Source: Microbotryum violaceum
Lineage: Eukaryota
Length of the DNA: 64,000 bases
Direction of reading: 5' to 3'
NCBI GenBank assembly: GCA_001244265.2
Contig: CDLV01000015.1
Span: 186,001-250,000, forward strand
Part shown: piece after piece, positions 39,520 through 53,925 of the stretch
How the letters are laid out: every line of letters starts with the position of its first letter
Position numbering within the stretch: position 1 is the stretch's first letter
Translations under genes and position numbers: made by a program
The notes under the pieces: generated by a model
What the model saw: only the letters and a program-made list of their open reading frames with translations
What the model was told of the DNA's origin: nothing
The model's database searches: none

Positions 39520-42500
39520 ATGACGGGCACCGAACCGGCCCTTCAGGTCGATTCGACGAATTCAACAGGGATCATCACTGCGCGAGCACCTTCGAAATCT
39601 GATCCACCACGACCTTCAAGTCAAGTCGTTTCGACCACTCCGCCCAAAACGAGCTCTGCACCTACTCCAGTACGTCATTCGCCTGTTAACAAGGCAGCAA
39701 CCACCACCACCACCATCGCGAGAGCCCACGAGATCGCGCCGACGAGCGGAACAAGTCCGACGGGCAGTGGCGAGGGCAAACGACAGTCTTCACTGGGCGA
39801 GAGGGCAAGAGGGCATCCACAACATCAGAATACAAAACAACAGCGGAGTGGAGTAGTTGGGTCCAACTCTAGGGATCGCACCAAGCATAGTGAGTCCGAT
39901 ATGCTCATTCGCTGATGGACGGCCCGGGCGGCGTATGAGGACAGCGGTTGGTAGGCTCGAACCCATTTCCGAAATGACGTAGGCATTCAAACGCCTGTTG
40001 GAGGCACGCGAATGAGTGAGAGCGGCAGAGGACTCGTAGCATACCTGGCTTATCAAAACTCCAATACCTAAACTTCTCATTGCATATTGAAACACGAACG
40101 CTAACCCTCCTTTGCAATCACCCGTCGTCCCCGCAGAAGGCGAATCGATCTCGCTTCCGAGTCGAACTTCTCCGACACGCCAGGCTGCTTCGAACGCGCG
40201 CTCAACCCCTGGCTCGGGCAGGTCATCCTCTTCCAGAGTGAGTTACCTATCCATCAATTCAATGGGGTGTCTCCTTCACCACACTGAACTTCAAACTCGC
40301 AGAACTTCCTGATAAACACCTCCGCCACCTCGCGCCACCCGGGCTCGGGAGACGACTCGTCCATGTCGAGCAACCCCGTATGTCGAGGACAGTCTGATCT
40401 TTCGACCAGCAGTCCTGCGACGACAGCGACGAATCCATCATCTTTGTCATCCCATAACGCGCAAAATTACTCGGTTTCGGGAATGAGGGAAGACGAACGG
40501 TATGCAAACCCGCACTCCGGATTTTCAGAGCGACCCCACGCTTCTACAAGTCGGTCGTTCGTATCGCCGAGCTCGCCTCGAATGATGTCGTACGCTGCAC
40601 CACAAGGATACGGCCACTACCCACCGGTGTCGCCAAAGTCACAAAACCCACCGCAAATTTACACCAATGGCCAGCAGACATACGTCCTCGACTCGTCGGG
40701 TCAGTATCGACCGGAATCATTAGGCCAGGCATGGTCCCCGGGTTACCCTCCGCCGCAGCAGTACCACGTTCAATACGTGCCACAGTACAGCACCGCCTCG
40801 CCTGTCATGACTAGCCACGGACAGATGTACTCTCCCGCAATTTCTTCTGCTCCTTTCATGTACCCGAGGTCGTCGGATAGGCACCACAGCATCAGCGAGC
40901 ACTACACGGGCATGACGTACGCCTATCCGAACGAACGTACGACTCCAATGTCGGAGGGCTTGAGCATGTTCTCGCAACCGCAGTATTCGGGACATGATCG
41001 GCGACCGAGCAACACCTTCTCGGATGGATCGAGTTATGGTCACGGTAATCGGTCGTACCATTCCACGGAGATGTCGACAGGTTCACCTTACACGACGGCG
41101 GGGTATTCAGCTGTGCCAGCCTACCCCTATTATCCGCAGCAGCAGCAGTATTCGCACCAGCAGCAATTCGCACCGCAGCGCTACGGCCCCCAACATCAGC
41201 AGCCACAACAAACACACATCCAAATGCAGCAACATCATCCTAATCGTCCATTTCACACTTATAATATGTCCGGGCCGTTATCCCCCACCATGTCATACTC
41301 GGGTGGATACGAGCAGCAGTCTGCACAGCCCCACGCTTCCGACTATTCCTCCTTCTACATTTCAGGCGAGCCCCAAGTCTACGTACCCCCCATCGAGGTC
41401 GCTCGAGGCCAGTTGGCTCAGACTAGGCTCCACGACGCCATCTATTCTCGCGAGACCAAGTACTCAAGTCGTTCCCCTGCAGCCGCGATGACGACCCCAA
41501 TTGGCGCACACGGTGGATTAGCCATGCCCAAGCCACCTGCCCATTCTCCTCACGCATTGTGGGTGGGCAATGTCCCGGCGGATACAACGCACGCCGAACT
41601 GTGGCGCTTCTTCGCTGGTCGTCCACCACCCGGCGCGTCCTCCCCGTCCTCTTCATCGAACGCTTCGGTCGTCGAAGGCGGTGTCGACTTGCGTTCGAAC
41701 GGAATCGAATCGATCCATTTGATCGCTCGGTCGAACTGCGCATTCGTCAACTACGCCTCGGACGTTCATCTACAACATGCGATCGCCGTCTCGAACGACA
41801 TCCCCTTGCGACCTCACGATCCAAGACCGAAGAATCTCGTTTGCCGAGTTCGTAAAAAGGAAGATGACGCCAAAAGTGGTGTAGGCGCACAACGCATCGG
41901 AGGCATGCACCATGCTTTCGTGGCAGCTCGGAAGCACGAAGAAACGAGAGTAGTCAAAGAAGCGGCCGATTCGGCTCGGGAAACCACATCGGGGTCAGGG
42001 CAAGAGGAGGAGCATGGGAGAATACGATCAAACGGTGAAACTCGCGTCGCGTCCATCTCCAGCGTCGGCGGAAATTCCTTCTCGAGCACAAGCACGAGTA
42101 GTTCGTACCTCGCTCGGCATTTCAAGAAGCGGTACTTTATCCTGAAGGTCAGTTTTAGGAAAGGCTGACTGGTGGCGGATTTTATTTTCCTGGGAGACAC
42201 TGACCCGCTTTTGATTTTTGCGTAGTCGCACGACGAGAATGATCTTCATCTTTCAGTCGAACGAAGCTTGTGGGCCACCCAGAGTCATAACGAGGTAAAT
42301 CTCCCGAGAAACTATCTACTCACACCAAGGTTCGACTAATACAACTATATTTCGTCACTGTAGCCCATTCTTCACCAAGCGTTCAATACGGCGACGGACG
42401 TCTTCTTGATCTTCAGTGCCAATAAAAGCGGATGCTTCTTTGGCTAGTACGTGCTGCAGGTACTCCTTCGAATGAGGTCAAATGGCTGACTGACCCGGCC

Positions 42501-43658
42501 TTTCGATATTCTAGTGCACGGATGACGTCAGGTATCTCCAACGATCCCAAGAAGCGTGTGTCGTGGTCGTCTCGTGAACCTTCACCGAACTCGAAAGACT
42601 CGCAAGATTCGTCCCTCGATTCGTCAAATTTGAAGGAGTCGTTGAACCCGAATGCTTCGAAAGGAAGTCATGCTAGTATGATGCCTCGGTCCTCGGCGAT
42701 TCTTGAGGAAAACGAGGACAATGATGAACCCCTCGAAGAGAAGGAGGAAGTAGAGGAGGCGGCAAATGGCTCCCAATCGCCTGCGGCCGAAACTTCGAAC
42801 GGCGTCAACTCCAAGACGTTGCCCATTCTGTTCTCACCTTCAGAGAACCGATGGCTTGACAGATCTCCTTTATCTCTTAGTCCTGCCGGAGGGCCCACTT
42901 CAGAATCGGCCCCTGCTACCCTTGCTCCCGAGACGAAAGAAGCGTTCGTTGTTGGTTCGACCACACTCGACCCGAACCAACTTCGTCTTCCTCGCTTGGT
43001 CATCGATGACGAAGCTGAACCTAATACGGAATTCAAAGCGCGAAGTGCCCCAGTGAGGACCCACCGAGCCGTATTGACTCAACAACTCTTGGGTGGAAGT
43101 GATGCACCGAGTACGTTGGGTGCCGATGGGGTACGAAGGAAGGATATGGTCATCAGTCCGCTGGAGAAGAGTGAACGAATGGGAAAGCTCGGAGTTAGGT
43201 GCGTCGAGGTGTTTCGCATCGCTCCCAAAATAACTTGCAAACTGAAATTGGCGGACTCTTACGTATCAGTCTATCCCCGATCGAAACTATCGAAGCGGCT
43301 CTGCCGAAATCGCACGAAGACTCCCTTGGTTGGGGACGACCGTTCTCCGTCAAATGGTTGAAAGTGTAGGTGCAACTCTTGTACGCTGCAGGATTCTAAG
43401 TGGTACTAACTCGTTTTGCTTCTTTCTTTTATCCTAGCTCCACGCTACCATTCTCTCGATGCAAGCACATCCGCAACGAGTTCAATGGTAACCGCGAAGT
43501 GAAAATATCTCGCGATGGTACGTCATGCGTGTCATGGTGCGATTCCGACGTCGGCTATTTTGATAACTGACTTTTATGTTCGTCTCTACGCTTGAATAGG
43601 AACCGAAGTCGAACCTTCGGCGGGTGCAGCACTGATAGAACAGTTTGACGTAGAGTGA
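39520..43658 (+). CDS. RRM plus YTH-domain RNA-binding protein (YTHDC-like) with a Q/Y/P-rich low-complexity region; 5' exons uncertain
   Basis: ALWVGNVP...NCAFVNY (RRM); RYFILK|S..DL..SV...LWATQ.HNE|..L.QAF....VFLIFSANKSG.FFGY|ARM; WGRPF.VKW; LPF...HIRN..N.NREVKISRDG|TEVEP. Confidence 0.88.
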
Positions 43659-43847
43659 AGGACGAAAACATTCTGAAAAGTAGTCAAAAACTTGTAGTGC
43701 GGAAACTCGATGCTTGCCATCGCCAATTCAGGTGTGGATTTAATCCCGAGACTTACGAGAGCCCCAAAGACCAATTTTGAACAGAGGTAAATGACGACGC
43801 CGAAGCTTGAAACGCACGTGGCCGAATCGCCCCGAGGATTTCACTGG

Positions 43848-46800
43848 TTAGAATGAGCTGACGACTTCGGTTTCGGGGATTGGGCCATCGACCGATTTAC
43901 TCGAGCCGATGCTCTTCTTGACTTTGTGGCCGGCGATCTGGCAAGGATGAGCAAATGCCGTCAGATGCAAGGCCCCGTCACAAGTTGGTGCAGGATAGTG
44001 AGCCCTCACCTTGAGGTTGCTGCCAATCCACTTCATCGTCGTCCCTTTACCCTCCTTCGTCCCCTTTAACTTGCGCATCAAGATGTCCACTCCTCCGCTA
44101 GCGGACCTACGCCTCATCGTCTCAATCTCCGTCCCCAACTCCTCGTCATCGCTCGACTCGCTTTCATCCCACCCAGGTTCATTCGACAACCCACTCAAAA
44201 GCGCCGATGCGGCGTCGGCATCGCGCTCACTGCGTTTCCTCTCCTTGACCGCAAAGTCGTGGCGGTGAAGCCACAAGGTGAACGAATCCCTCGTGGCGGC
44301 AGATGCACCCAAGATGATATCTCGATGGTTCGCCGACATCCCAGCCTTCCACCGTAACGTGATATGCAAGACCGGGTATGACCCTTCGTCACTTGCCGTG
44401 GAGCGCGAAGTCTCACCACTGCGAGCAACGAAAGGTTGCTTGGGCGAGTCGTAGGTTCGCGATGTAGTAGGGTAAAGGTTGTTCGAGGATTCGGGTATCT
44501 TGCCTTGCTCTTTTGGGATCTTTACTTTGTGCTTCTTGTACCGCGGCTGGTAGGGCAAAGAAGGGGAGGTCGGGTTGCAGGTCTCGTGTGTACTGCGTGA
44601 GATAAATCGAATGAAGGACACTAGGGGGTCAATTGAGTCGGGAAACACCCCATCATCGGCAATCGGATTACGTACGGGTAAAGGTGTAGCTCCATCTCTT
44701 CTTCTCCTTCATACGCATAGTCGTTGAGCCACAGCGGAGCATACCATACAGTTTCACTTCCCCGTAAGGTCCGGGCCGACTGGACCTTAAACTGAAGCGG
44801 ATGCAACCGCGTCAAGATGGGGACACGCAGTGACTCGGACAAGTCGAATGACAGGCTGGTCGTTTCGGAACCAGCTGATCGACGAGCGCACTCCAAGCGC
44901 ATTAGCTGACTATTCGAAAGGGGTGGAGATGCTGAGAAGAGTGGAGGACTTACCTTGGAATAGTAAAGACTCGGAAGAGCTCGAGGTTACTGAACCTTGT
45001 CCCTCGGCGGAGACGTGAAGTCGAGCCGTCATTTCTTCGCTCAGATTGCTTAACTTGGCCTGCACGATCTCGAAGCACCCGATGGACCATTCGAGTAGAG
45101 GCTTGGGTAAGACGATGTCGAGCGGCTTGAACAGCAACGAAAATCGCAATCGTCCATGTCCAGCGCCGCCGAGAAGAGGCAACCACTTGGTCACCTGGGA
45201 TCTCGTCGCGAAGATATCGCGTAGTTGAAGCGAAATGAAGCCGATCAAAACGTCAGCTTCGCGATCACGAGCATCCATGACAGCGATATCAATGCGAGCC
45301 CGGGTCCAGTCGCGGCAGAAAGCCTCTGAGCCAGCATTGACGTAAGGTTGCGCTGATAAGGGTTTGACACGGGTCTGATAAAGCTTCTCCGCGTTGAGAT
45401 AGACGACACAGTAGGATGAAGGAGCCGAGACCGCCTTCTTCTTTTCGGACCGCTCGTCACCGCATTCGAGTTCGGCGAGTTGATGAACTTGGAATGCGAG
45501 GATACCAGTCGGTTGAGCCGGATTGATCGGCATTCGTCCATCCAGCATCTCGCGCATACGTTGGGCATACTGTCAGAGAGAATAAATGCAGGTCAGTACA
45601 CACCAGTCGACGCTGGCATCGTCCCGGCTGCAGGACCCACCGCCGAGGAACGACTGTCGTCCGTGGCCTGGCCCCGATCAGCGAACATCGGCTTGGCTTT
45701 GGTCGCTTTGACTTGTGCCATGGGATCATCGGCTTGGACCTCCGTCGTCGGAGCAGTCATGGTCGCGAGCGGGAAGAAGGCGGCCGAGTACGACAACGTG
45801 CCGGCTTCAACTTGGCCGTTGTGTTCCAAACCAATAGTGCTCTGATCCCATACTCCCGGATTGTTGACCAAGTGGGTGAGCGAGATGGAAGTCATGCCGA
45901 TCACATCGTTCTTGGAGAATCGATCCCAGTCGAGAACTGTGAACCGGATGCGGTCTTGCTCATCGATCTCGTCGTCGGTGATGCGCAAGAAGATGACCTC
46001 CTCCCAGACCGGGTTGAGCGTCTTGGGTACGACACGGGTCGAGAACAGCACTTTGCCCGAGTGTACGAATGATACATTGACGAATCCATCCGATGTACCT
46101 CTTACATCCGATGCGGTGAGGTTCTGGGCCTTGTGGATCGCGACACAGACGACTCCGACGCTTCTCGTCTTCATCGCGACGTTACTGCCGAGGAAGAAGC
46201 GGCTAAGGTCGAGTTCATAGCTTTGAGGGGCGACAAAGTGATAGAGGACGGAATTGATGGAGGAAAGAATGAAAGGCTTAAAACCAGGCAGCGACATTAC
46301 GTCAATTGCGCGTAAAGGCTGTGCAAGTGATAATTTTTCATCATTCAGCGCACACCTCGATAGCGACCCCTTGGCGGTCTCGTCCACCCACCTTGGCCAC
46401 AATTTCGATGCTGGGGAAGATTGGAAAGCTGAACTTGACATGTCGAACGAAAGGCGGTTCTGCGATCATCTCCAGCCGCAGTCGGATTTTGCCATACAGT
46501 CCCGAAAGCTCGCACAGCACGGGCAGCTCGACCTTGAGCACCTTCTTGACGCCGAGACCCATGTGGATCACGAGATGGGCGTTCTCGGACTTGCTCTTGG
46601 GAAGACGACGGTATGCGAACTCGGCCTCGATGTTGACATATTGCCCCGGCGCGGCGTTATCGAGAGCCTTGTGCTCCTCCAGATGTGGACCGGTCGGGTC
46701 GACTTGGGAAGCGAAAGGGCTTTCGGTGATGTCAAAGTCATCGGGCAGTCGCCGAATGCCCAGAATGCGCATCGCATTGAGTCCTTGATCGACCGAATCG

Positions 46801-47646
46801 ATGCGCACCGTCCTAACCACCGAAGGAGAAAGCATTTTGAGCGCGTCTTCGAGCAAGTCGACACCGGCGACAAACAAATCCGGATCGAGCATCGGCCAAA
46901 CGGTACTGAGAACCGAGTTCATCCACTCGACACTTTCGAAAGCCGAAACATTGGGGTTCGTGCCACGTTTGCGCTCCCTGTCCCAAGCCCAATCTTTCAT
47001 TAGGCTATGTGTCTTGCGTCGTACCATGATAACTCCGACAGCTGCGGTCGCGGAAGTTGAGCCAGTCAGTTGAGCAGCTCCTAAGGAGGCTGTGCGGAGT
47101 GAGCGGCACGTGATGTGCGCTCTACGAAGCTGAGGACAGACCAATCGCCGCGATAGAGAAGGAGTAGTGCAAACCCCATTCGGAGAACAAAATGAGCACG
47201 ATTGAGTTCAGTATGATGGCCGTTGTCCACTGTAAGAGGAAAAGGTTCGGGGTGTCAACGATCGATGAGGTCGCGAGTCAGCTTCAGCTTCCTGCGAAAA
47301 CCCGGCGCAGCAACCCCCACACATTCATCTTTCCCCGCTTGGCGGCCCCGTGTGGCTTGCGCTTTCGAGGCGGTGTTGCACGCTTGGATCATCCGGAAGG
47401 CGGTGGACTGACCACTTTGGCAGCATGTTCATGATACGCATGCACTTCTCCCGCAGGCAAGGGTTCGTTGTTGTAGTTGATCGTCGGCGTCGCGGCCGCG
47501 GCATCGTCGCCGGCCTTGGACCTCGGATCCTTGGACTGCTCGTGAATCGCCTTGACCTCCTTGGCTTCCTCGGCCGACTTCTCCCAGAACTCTTTCAAAT
47601 CTGGATTGTCCGTATTCAATGTTTGGGTGGCCTTGCTACCTGCCAT
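43848..47646 (-). CDS. SMP plus multi-C2-domain protein (tricalbin/Mug190-like), spliced
   Basis: ESVEWMNSVL..VWP (SMP), GKIRLRL....PPFV, C2 'D..GTSD.FV..TRVVPKTLNPVWEE..DWDRFS.ND.IG', GILAFQVHQ, LYQTRVKP. Confidence 0.85.
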
Positions 47647-48311
47647 CGCGGCAGGGAGGGGTCGCACGGGGTGAGCAATCAAGCCAGCCGCGCAGGTTCA
47701 CGGCGGCGTTACGAGCGTGTGGCCAAAGAGAAGAGGGCCTGACCGTGAGGAGTGACGTCGACGCCGATGACCGAAGCGGGCTGAAGCCTGCTGAAGCAGT
47801 GCTGAAGCTCGTTGAAGCGGGTCGATTATTTTGGCAGGACCTTGCCCTACCAAAGGTAACTTGTGGGGCTCCTTTGTCTGTGTGCCATCCAAGGTAGTGT
47901 GATCAAAGTATTCTCTCCTATGATGTACACCATTTTTGCTTTTTTTTTTTGTGACTGGTGAGGACAGCGCACGGCCCGACCGGGGTCCGGAAGCTTTGAC
48001 GCCCAAAATAAGATCGTTCACCGCTCCCCTCGGTTCAGCGCGACCCCAGGCCGGCTTGACAGAAATCTCCAAAGTCACCAAGTCGTAACAGCGACGCATG
48101 CCTGTTTACTCAATCAAGGAATCAAAAATTGACCAGCCGAAACAAGGTGGTGGATGCGCGCGATGATGGGTTCCGACCCAATCGCGGTGAGGCCCCTGCG
48201 CGGACACTCCGAACCGTAGAGTCCAAACAGCAAACGGTTCTTGAAGAGCTCGAGCCTCATCTCGGCCGCTCTCACTCTCTCTCTCGCGTCCCTCAACTCG
48301 CTTGAGCCGCT

Positions 48312-50605
48312 ATGAACGCGTTGAAACGCTGGTCTTCCAGCACGAATGATTTGCACCAACACCTATCCGCACCCGTGATGCCAGGCAGCTCAAGTCACTC
48401 GTCACGGTCACGTCAATCGTCCCCCAACTTGAAGAGTCCAAACCTGTTTAGCGGCGGCGCAGGCCCCTGGACTGGAAGCAACGGTTACTGCCAAGGTGGC
48501 GGCGGGATGGGCAACGGCACCGGGGGACGTTCACCTCATCCATCTCCAGGACTTTCAAGCCCTTATAACACCTCACCCTCCAATGGCTACCCCTTCCCTG
48601 ATGTACGATCATCGAACGAGTCGGCTCAACAAGGTTCAACCGGCGGGGGTGGTCCCAGGATCGATCGCGCAGCACTGCATCGTTCGCTCTCGGTATGGTC
48701 GACGCTCTTGGCCGCTTTGGACGACTATCGAGTCGCTTGCTCGACCATGGCAAGTGTTGAGAAGTCTCTTGTCAAGGCTTTGAAGGAGATGGCAGGACAG
48801 TTTGGAGAGAAGGTGGAATTTGGGAGTCGGAATGAAGCCGTCGGTGAGTGTCGGGCGAGTTTGGGATTTCCATCGCCGAAGTGAATGTACTGAACCCTCG
48901 ACGCCCCGAATCAGCTACCGGTCTGCTTGCTACCCTTTTACTTTTCGATAGTCTTCAAGATGTCGACCAAAAACATGCCAAGTCTGTGCAAAGGGAGTAC
49001 GAAGCTCTCAACTCGCTGTCCGCCACGTTCTTCAAGCAGATAGCGGTGGGTCATCTTCCAAGTTTTGACTTGACCTTGAAACCATAGCATGGTCATACTC
49101 ATATTCAACTATTTCACCTTCCCAAAGAAAGAAGAGAAGATCCTGGAGGAAAGTCTAACGATGCTCGACGGCAAGATGGCCAAAGTCTCTGCCTCTTACG
49201 AGCGCTCAAAACCGATCGGCAACCATCGCCGCCCCAACTCGTTCGACGACGTCCATAGTGCGGCCGCAGCGCACGAGAAGTACATCGCCACCCTGTCAAA
49301 TCTTTCAAACTCTGTCACTGGTGCGAAAAGTATTCATGCCGAGACCACGGGGAACAAGCGAGATAGAGCGGCACTGGAAGTGGCAAGGGGGCTATGCCTG
49401 CTCGGCGAGGCGGCCTGGAGAAATCGAGTCGACGCAACTCGCAAGACTGGGGCCAAGGTCGGGAACGTCGTTTTGATGGGTACCTTTTGTGAACAAAACA
49501 TGCCACCATTACCGCCACTTAGCGCGAACGAGGTCGACGGTCTTGGGGTTGGGATTGGTGCCGTTGGCACGCTTGAAGTGGGAGCTGTCCTCGGCCCACG
49601 ACTGCATCGGATCGAGTCAGAAGTGTCGCAAGCCACAAGCTCAGCCTTCACGGATCATTCAAGTCGTTCAAATGCACCTCTTCCATCTCCTGGGCCATCG
49701 TTCCTAGCTAGCTTCTCTCGCGAAAGGCTCCATCAATCCTTGCCGCAGGCACCCGTCGCTTCAAGCTCCAACCACTTCGACGGACGCGGCGAACGCTCAG
49801 ATCAGCATGATCCGCCTCATTTATCGCGCTCGAATGAGTATCAGCTGCCACCTACGCCTCAAGAGTCCCATGCATCGTCACGTTTGTATCCTTCGTCCAC
49901 TGCACCGCCTTCGCCTTCACCCACTGTCGAACACGCCGCCCGCAACAAGGTGACTCTTGATAACGCCTCGATGGACACCCATCGTCAGCAGCCAGAGGGG
50001 TTCGTTCCTCGTCCATCTCTGATCGCACCTGCGGAGTCAGCACAGTCCGTTCCACCTGTCCCAGTGACCCAACGAATCGCGGCTACCCGCTGGAGTTCGA
50101 CTACTTCGAACCACAACCAGAAATATCCCTTACCGGCCTCACACTCAAGTCGAGAACAAAGCGAATCCCTCATGGACCCTAATGGCCCACTGGGCCCTCG
50201 AACAGTGCCAGCAGCGAACCACCAAGCACCTCCACAATCCCACGAACAATCCGAAAGACCCGTATCTCGACCCCTTCTGACTCGGAACGAATCCACCGCG
50301 AGCGAACGCAGTTTCGTCGCTCAGATGAGGGCCAAGTACCTCGAAGAGAAGGACAGGATGCGTCAGGCTGGTCCGGCGCTGGAGAGGGGCTATCATGGAG
50401 GTGCTGGGTCGACAAGTGTGAGTCGACTTTGTATTTTTTGTTCCTTTTTGTTGCACATCCCACTTATCTCTCTCAACTGGGGTAGGCAGTTTCGAGCTCC
50501 CCAACCTCCCATCACCCCCGTTCAGGCTCCCGTGTCTCGCAAATCGCGCAACGTTACAATGCCGGAGCTGCTTCGAACCCATCACCCAGATTCGAAACGA
50601 TTTAA
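48312..50605 (+). CDS. Hypothetical protein with a helical, possibly BAR/I-BAR (Ivy1-like) domain and a Ser/Pro-rich tail (spliced)
   Basis: ORFs 48312, 48848 and 49089 joined by GT-AG introns; last exon ..SRVSQIAQRY..FETI* with TAA 50603-50605; domain call is by resemblance only. Confidence 0.65.
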
Positions 50606-50713
50606 ATCTAGTCCGTACCCCGTGTGCTCCCCACAAGTATTGATCGTGTTCGTGATTGTTACTATATTCCAATCCTACATTTTCGTCTACCCTAGAATTT
50701 GTCTCTACCCCCT

Positions 50714-53700
50714 TCAGGAACAAGCTGCTTGTAATGACTGCGTCAAAAAGTTGTCTGCGGCGCCTCGGATCCAGACCAATCGATCCGACTCTTGCAACGT
50801 CTTGGGTTGGATCTTGTTGAGGGCCTGAACGAGCGAAAAATAAGAAAGGCGGCAAATCAGCATGAAATCCACCTGAAAAGACCGGCAGCGTGGAGGTTCA
50901 GCGAGAAGACTGACCCCGTTGACCCTCGTTGCAATCAGCGTCAAGCGACTCATCATCTCGTCCCTAGCAACCTTCGCCTTTCTCGACCTCAGATGCCCAC
51001 TTCCCAGCCTCGCAATCATCTCCAACAAGCTCCTAATCTTTCTCCCTCTCTCCTCCGACTCCCCCTCCTCCGCATCCGCATCCGCACCTTCCCTAACCCT
51101 CTCCAACCACCTCTTCTCCCCCTCCAAGACCTCCGCATACTCCTTCAACAAGCCCGCCCCCTCTTCCCACCCCTCCACTTTCTTCCACCCCTTCTCCTCG
51201 TCGAACCTCCCACAGAGCCTCCTCAACAAGCCCAAATCCCCTCTCAACACCGCTTCCGGTCCCAACTGCTCCTTCACCAACCGATGCGCCTCATTCCATT
51301 CCCTCGCCAGTAAATGCAGTCCGAATTTCTCGAACCGATCGGTTGTGGCTAGGGCTTGGGCATGGTGTATCCATTCGAGGGGGATGCGAAGTTTTTCGGT
51401 AAGGAAGGTGAAAGTTTCCGAGGTGAGGAGGTGGGTCGAACGGGATAAGAGGGCTTGGAGTGCTTTTGCTCGACTGTTTACGATGAAAAAAAGACTTGTT
51501 AATCGTCTCCCGAGGACACAGATACGGGTTTACCCAGTAGGAGCAACTCACGCGATCGGCAACTCCAAATGCAGCAACACGAAAGCGCTCCACGTCCATT
51601 CACCATTCATCTCCAACTGGTTCGCATACGCCTCGGTCATCAGATCCGCCCTGACGCTATTCCCCTCCAAAAAACCCCTCCCATCGTCGCCATCATCCAT
51701 TCCCCTATCCTCGAAATCGACGACTTGAATTCGATCATCGAAATCTCTCCTCCTCAAAACGCGCGAGAGGAGAATGTAGAGATGCCAAGGAAGTCGATAG
51801 TCCAATGGACAAGTGCCAAAGTTGATCGGCAACAAGACCTGTTCCAAAGGGTGCGTTGACAGTGTGAACAACTTGAGCAGTTGATACAAAGGGTCCGTCG
51901 GTGTCTCGCCTGATCGATTGCTCCATTCCGGTCGTTTCTCCGTCGAGGTCGAGCGTGTAGGCGTAGCGATATACTCCGGTTCGGGTTTGGCGACTCTCGG
52001 ATCCTCCTCAAAGGCGCTTTCGTACAACTCCATAGCGGTCTCGATCGAGGACCTGAAGGTCGCGTACCAGAGACTCAACCCAAAAGCCCTCTTCCAACCC
52101 AAACCTTGCGCAACATGCACCTCCTCAACTCCATCGACGACCGAATCACCATCCTTCCCTTTCTTCCCTTCGGACACACCCACGTTACCGCAGAGAAGTT
52201 CGTAGATCTTGCGATACTCGGGTAGAATATGCGAGTCGACTCTGTATTCCCTCCATTTGACGAGTTGGAGGAACACATCTCGTCGGAATCCTTCGTCTCC
52301 GCCCGCTTGAGCCAACAACGTCGCCAACCTGAGATCGCCAGCTTGGATTGCGGCCTGACAAGCGCGTTCAACCTGGTGCCCACTGAGCAACGCAAATATT
52401 TTCTTGGCCTCGACCGCCTTTTCATCAGACGCGCCCAACCCATCCCCACCGACGTTTCTCAAATCATCCTCCACCTCCCCTCTGACCACCTCCCTCAACC
52501 ACCTCTCGAACCTATCGGTCCTCCTCAACCTCTCGACATAACCCTGCACGTTCGGATCATTCACGACGACGTTCTCAGGAATGGCCAAATCCTGAATCTC
52601 ATCGAACAAGGCCTGTCCCAATCGCCACAAGTTCGCTTCGGCCGATCGATCCGAACTAGCGAACTCGTTGACGAAATGGGTGAAGCGTAGTTCGGGATGA
52701 GGTACGGCAAAGGGGATGGAGGATGATGGTTCATCGTTACTGGAGTCGACGGGGTTCGAGTATATCGGTGTATGTGCGAGTTGGATCTTGAGGAGCCGTA
52801 CGGCGGAACGCATGTCCGTCGACTGTCGAGAACCGAGACGTCGGGTATTCAATTAGTTTTTTCCGTGATTCGAAAAAGTGCGTTGCAAAAGAATAACTGA
52901 CCAAAGTCGTCTTCAAGTTGTCCACTTTGAGCGCATCACTTTTGTCGACATTCTCACCTCGATAAAGGTTTCCCCGACCGAGATGAAAGATCTGACCTGT
53001 CGGGCTCCACCCTACTCTGAACGATCGACCGAGCGCAAGACCCAGATCGACGAGGTTGCCTTCTTTACCTTTGGTGATGGATCGGTCGAGAGGTACGCGG
53101 GTGTATTTGCGGTAGGGTCGGAAGGGGGAGGGGTCGATCGCGGGTGTGGGCACGACGGATGAGGACGGGGCCGGGGCGGGGGCGGGGGCGGAGGCTGGGG
53201 CGGCCTTGAAGGTGCTTGCGGTGGTAGGCTGTAATAGGTGATTGATCAGTGAGGTGGACGATCTTTGGGTAGGGAGCGTGATGATATACCTTTTGAGAGG
53301 TAGACGCCGCCGCAGCCGAGCCTCGAATGGTCCAAGTCGACGAATTCTTCCGGGTTGGCGCCTGTTCCTCGGCCGCTACGGGAGATGATGCTTGCTGTTG
53401 AAAAAAGCTAGCCTGCATAACGGCAACCCTCTTGGGTTCAAGACGAAGCTTGGTGGACCAAGTCTTGTTCGTCGCAGTCGTGGGGAGGGTCCGGCTGGCG
53501 GGAATCGGTCGTTTGCGAGGGGTGAGGGAAGCGGTCGATGTGGACCTGGCATCATCATCATCGTCGTCGTCGTCGTCGAGTTGGAATGATTCGTCGTCGT
53601 CATCGTCGTGGTGGGTTCGGGATGATATAGACGTGATCGAGAGGAAGCTCGTTTCGCGCGTTGATCGACGAGTACTTGCTCTTTGTGCTCGTCGTCCAGG

Positions 53701-53925
53701 GAGTTGATCCTCTTCCTCGTCCTCGTCCATATGCTCGTCATCGTTCAGAGATGAGCTAGGTGGTGGTGCATCGTCGTGGTCGTCGTGGTCTTGCTCGAAT
53801 GTTTGGCTGCTGCTCGTACTCGGTGGAGGAGATGCGCTCGTTGAAGCGCGGTGTTGTTGGCCATCTTGGCTTGTGTCATAGTCCTCGTCGGACGAGTCGG
53901 AATCATTCAAGCCAAACTTGGCCAT
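50714..53925 (-). CDS. NUP96: Nucleoporin Nup96 (Nup145C-like), stand-alone gene, spliced
   Basis: MAKFGLNDSDSSDED start; DLGLALGRSFRVGW, LWRLGQALFD, GDLRLATLLAQ, LGWKRAFGLSLWY, DYRLPWHL, YANQLE..G.WTWSAFVLLH, IPLEWIHHAQA. Confidence 0.92.
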
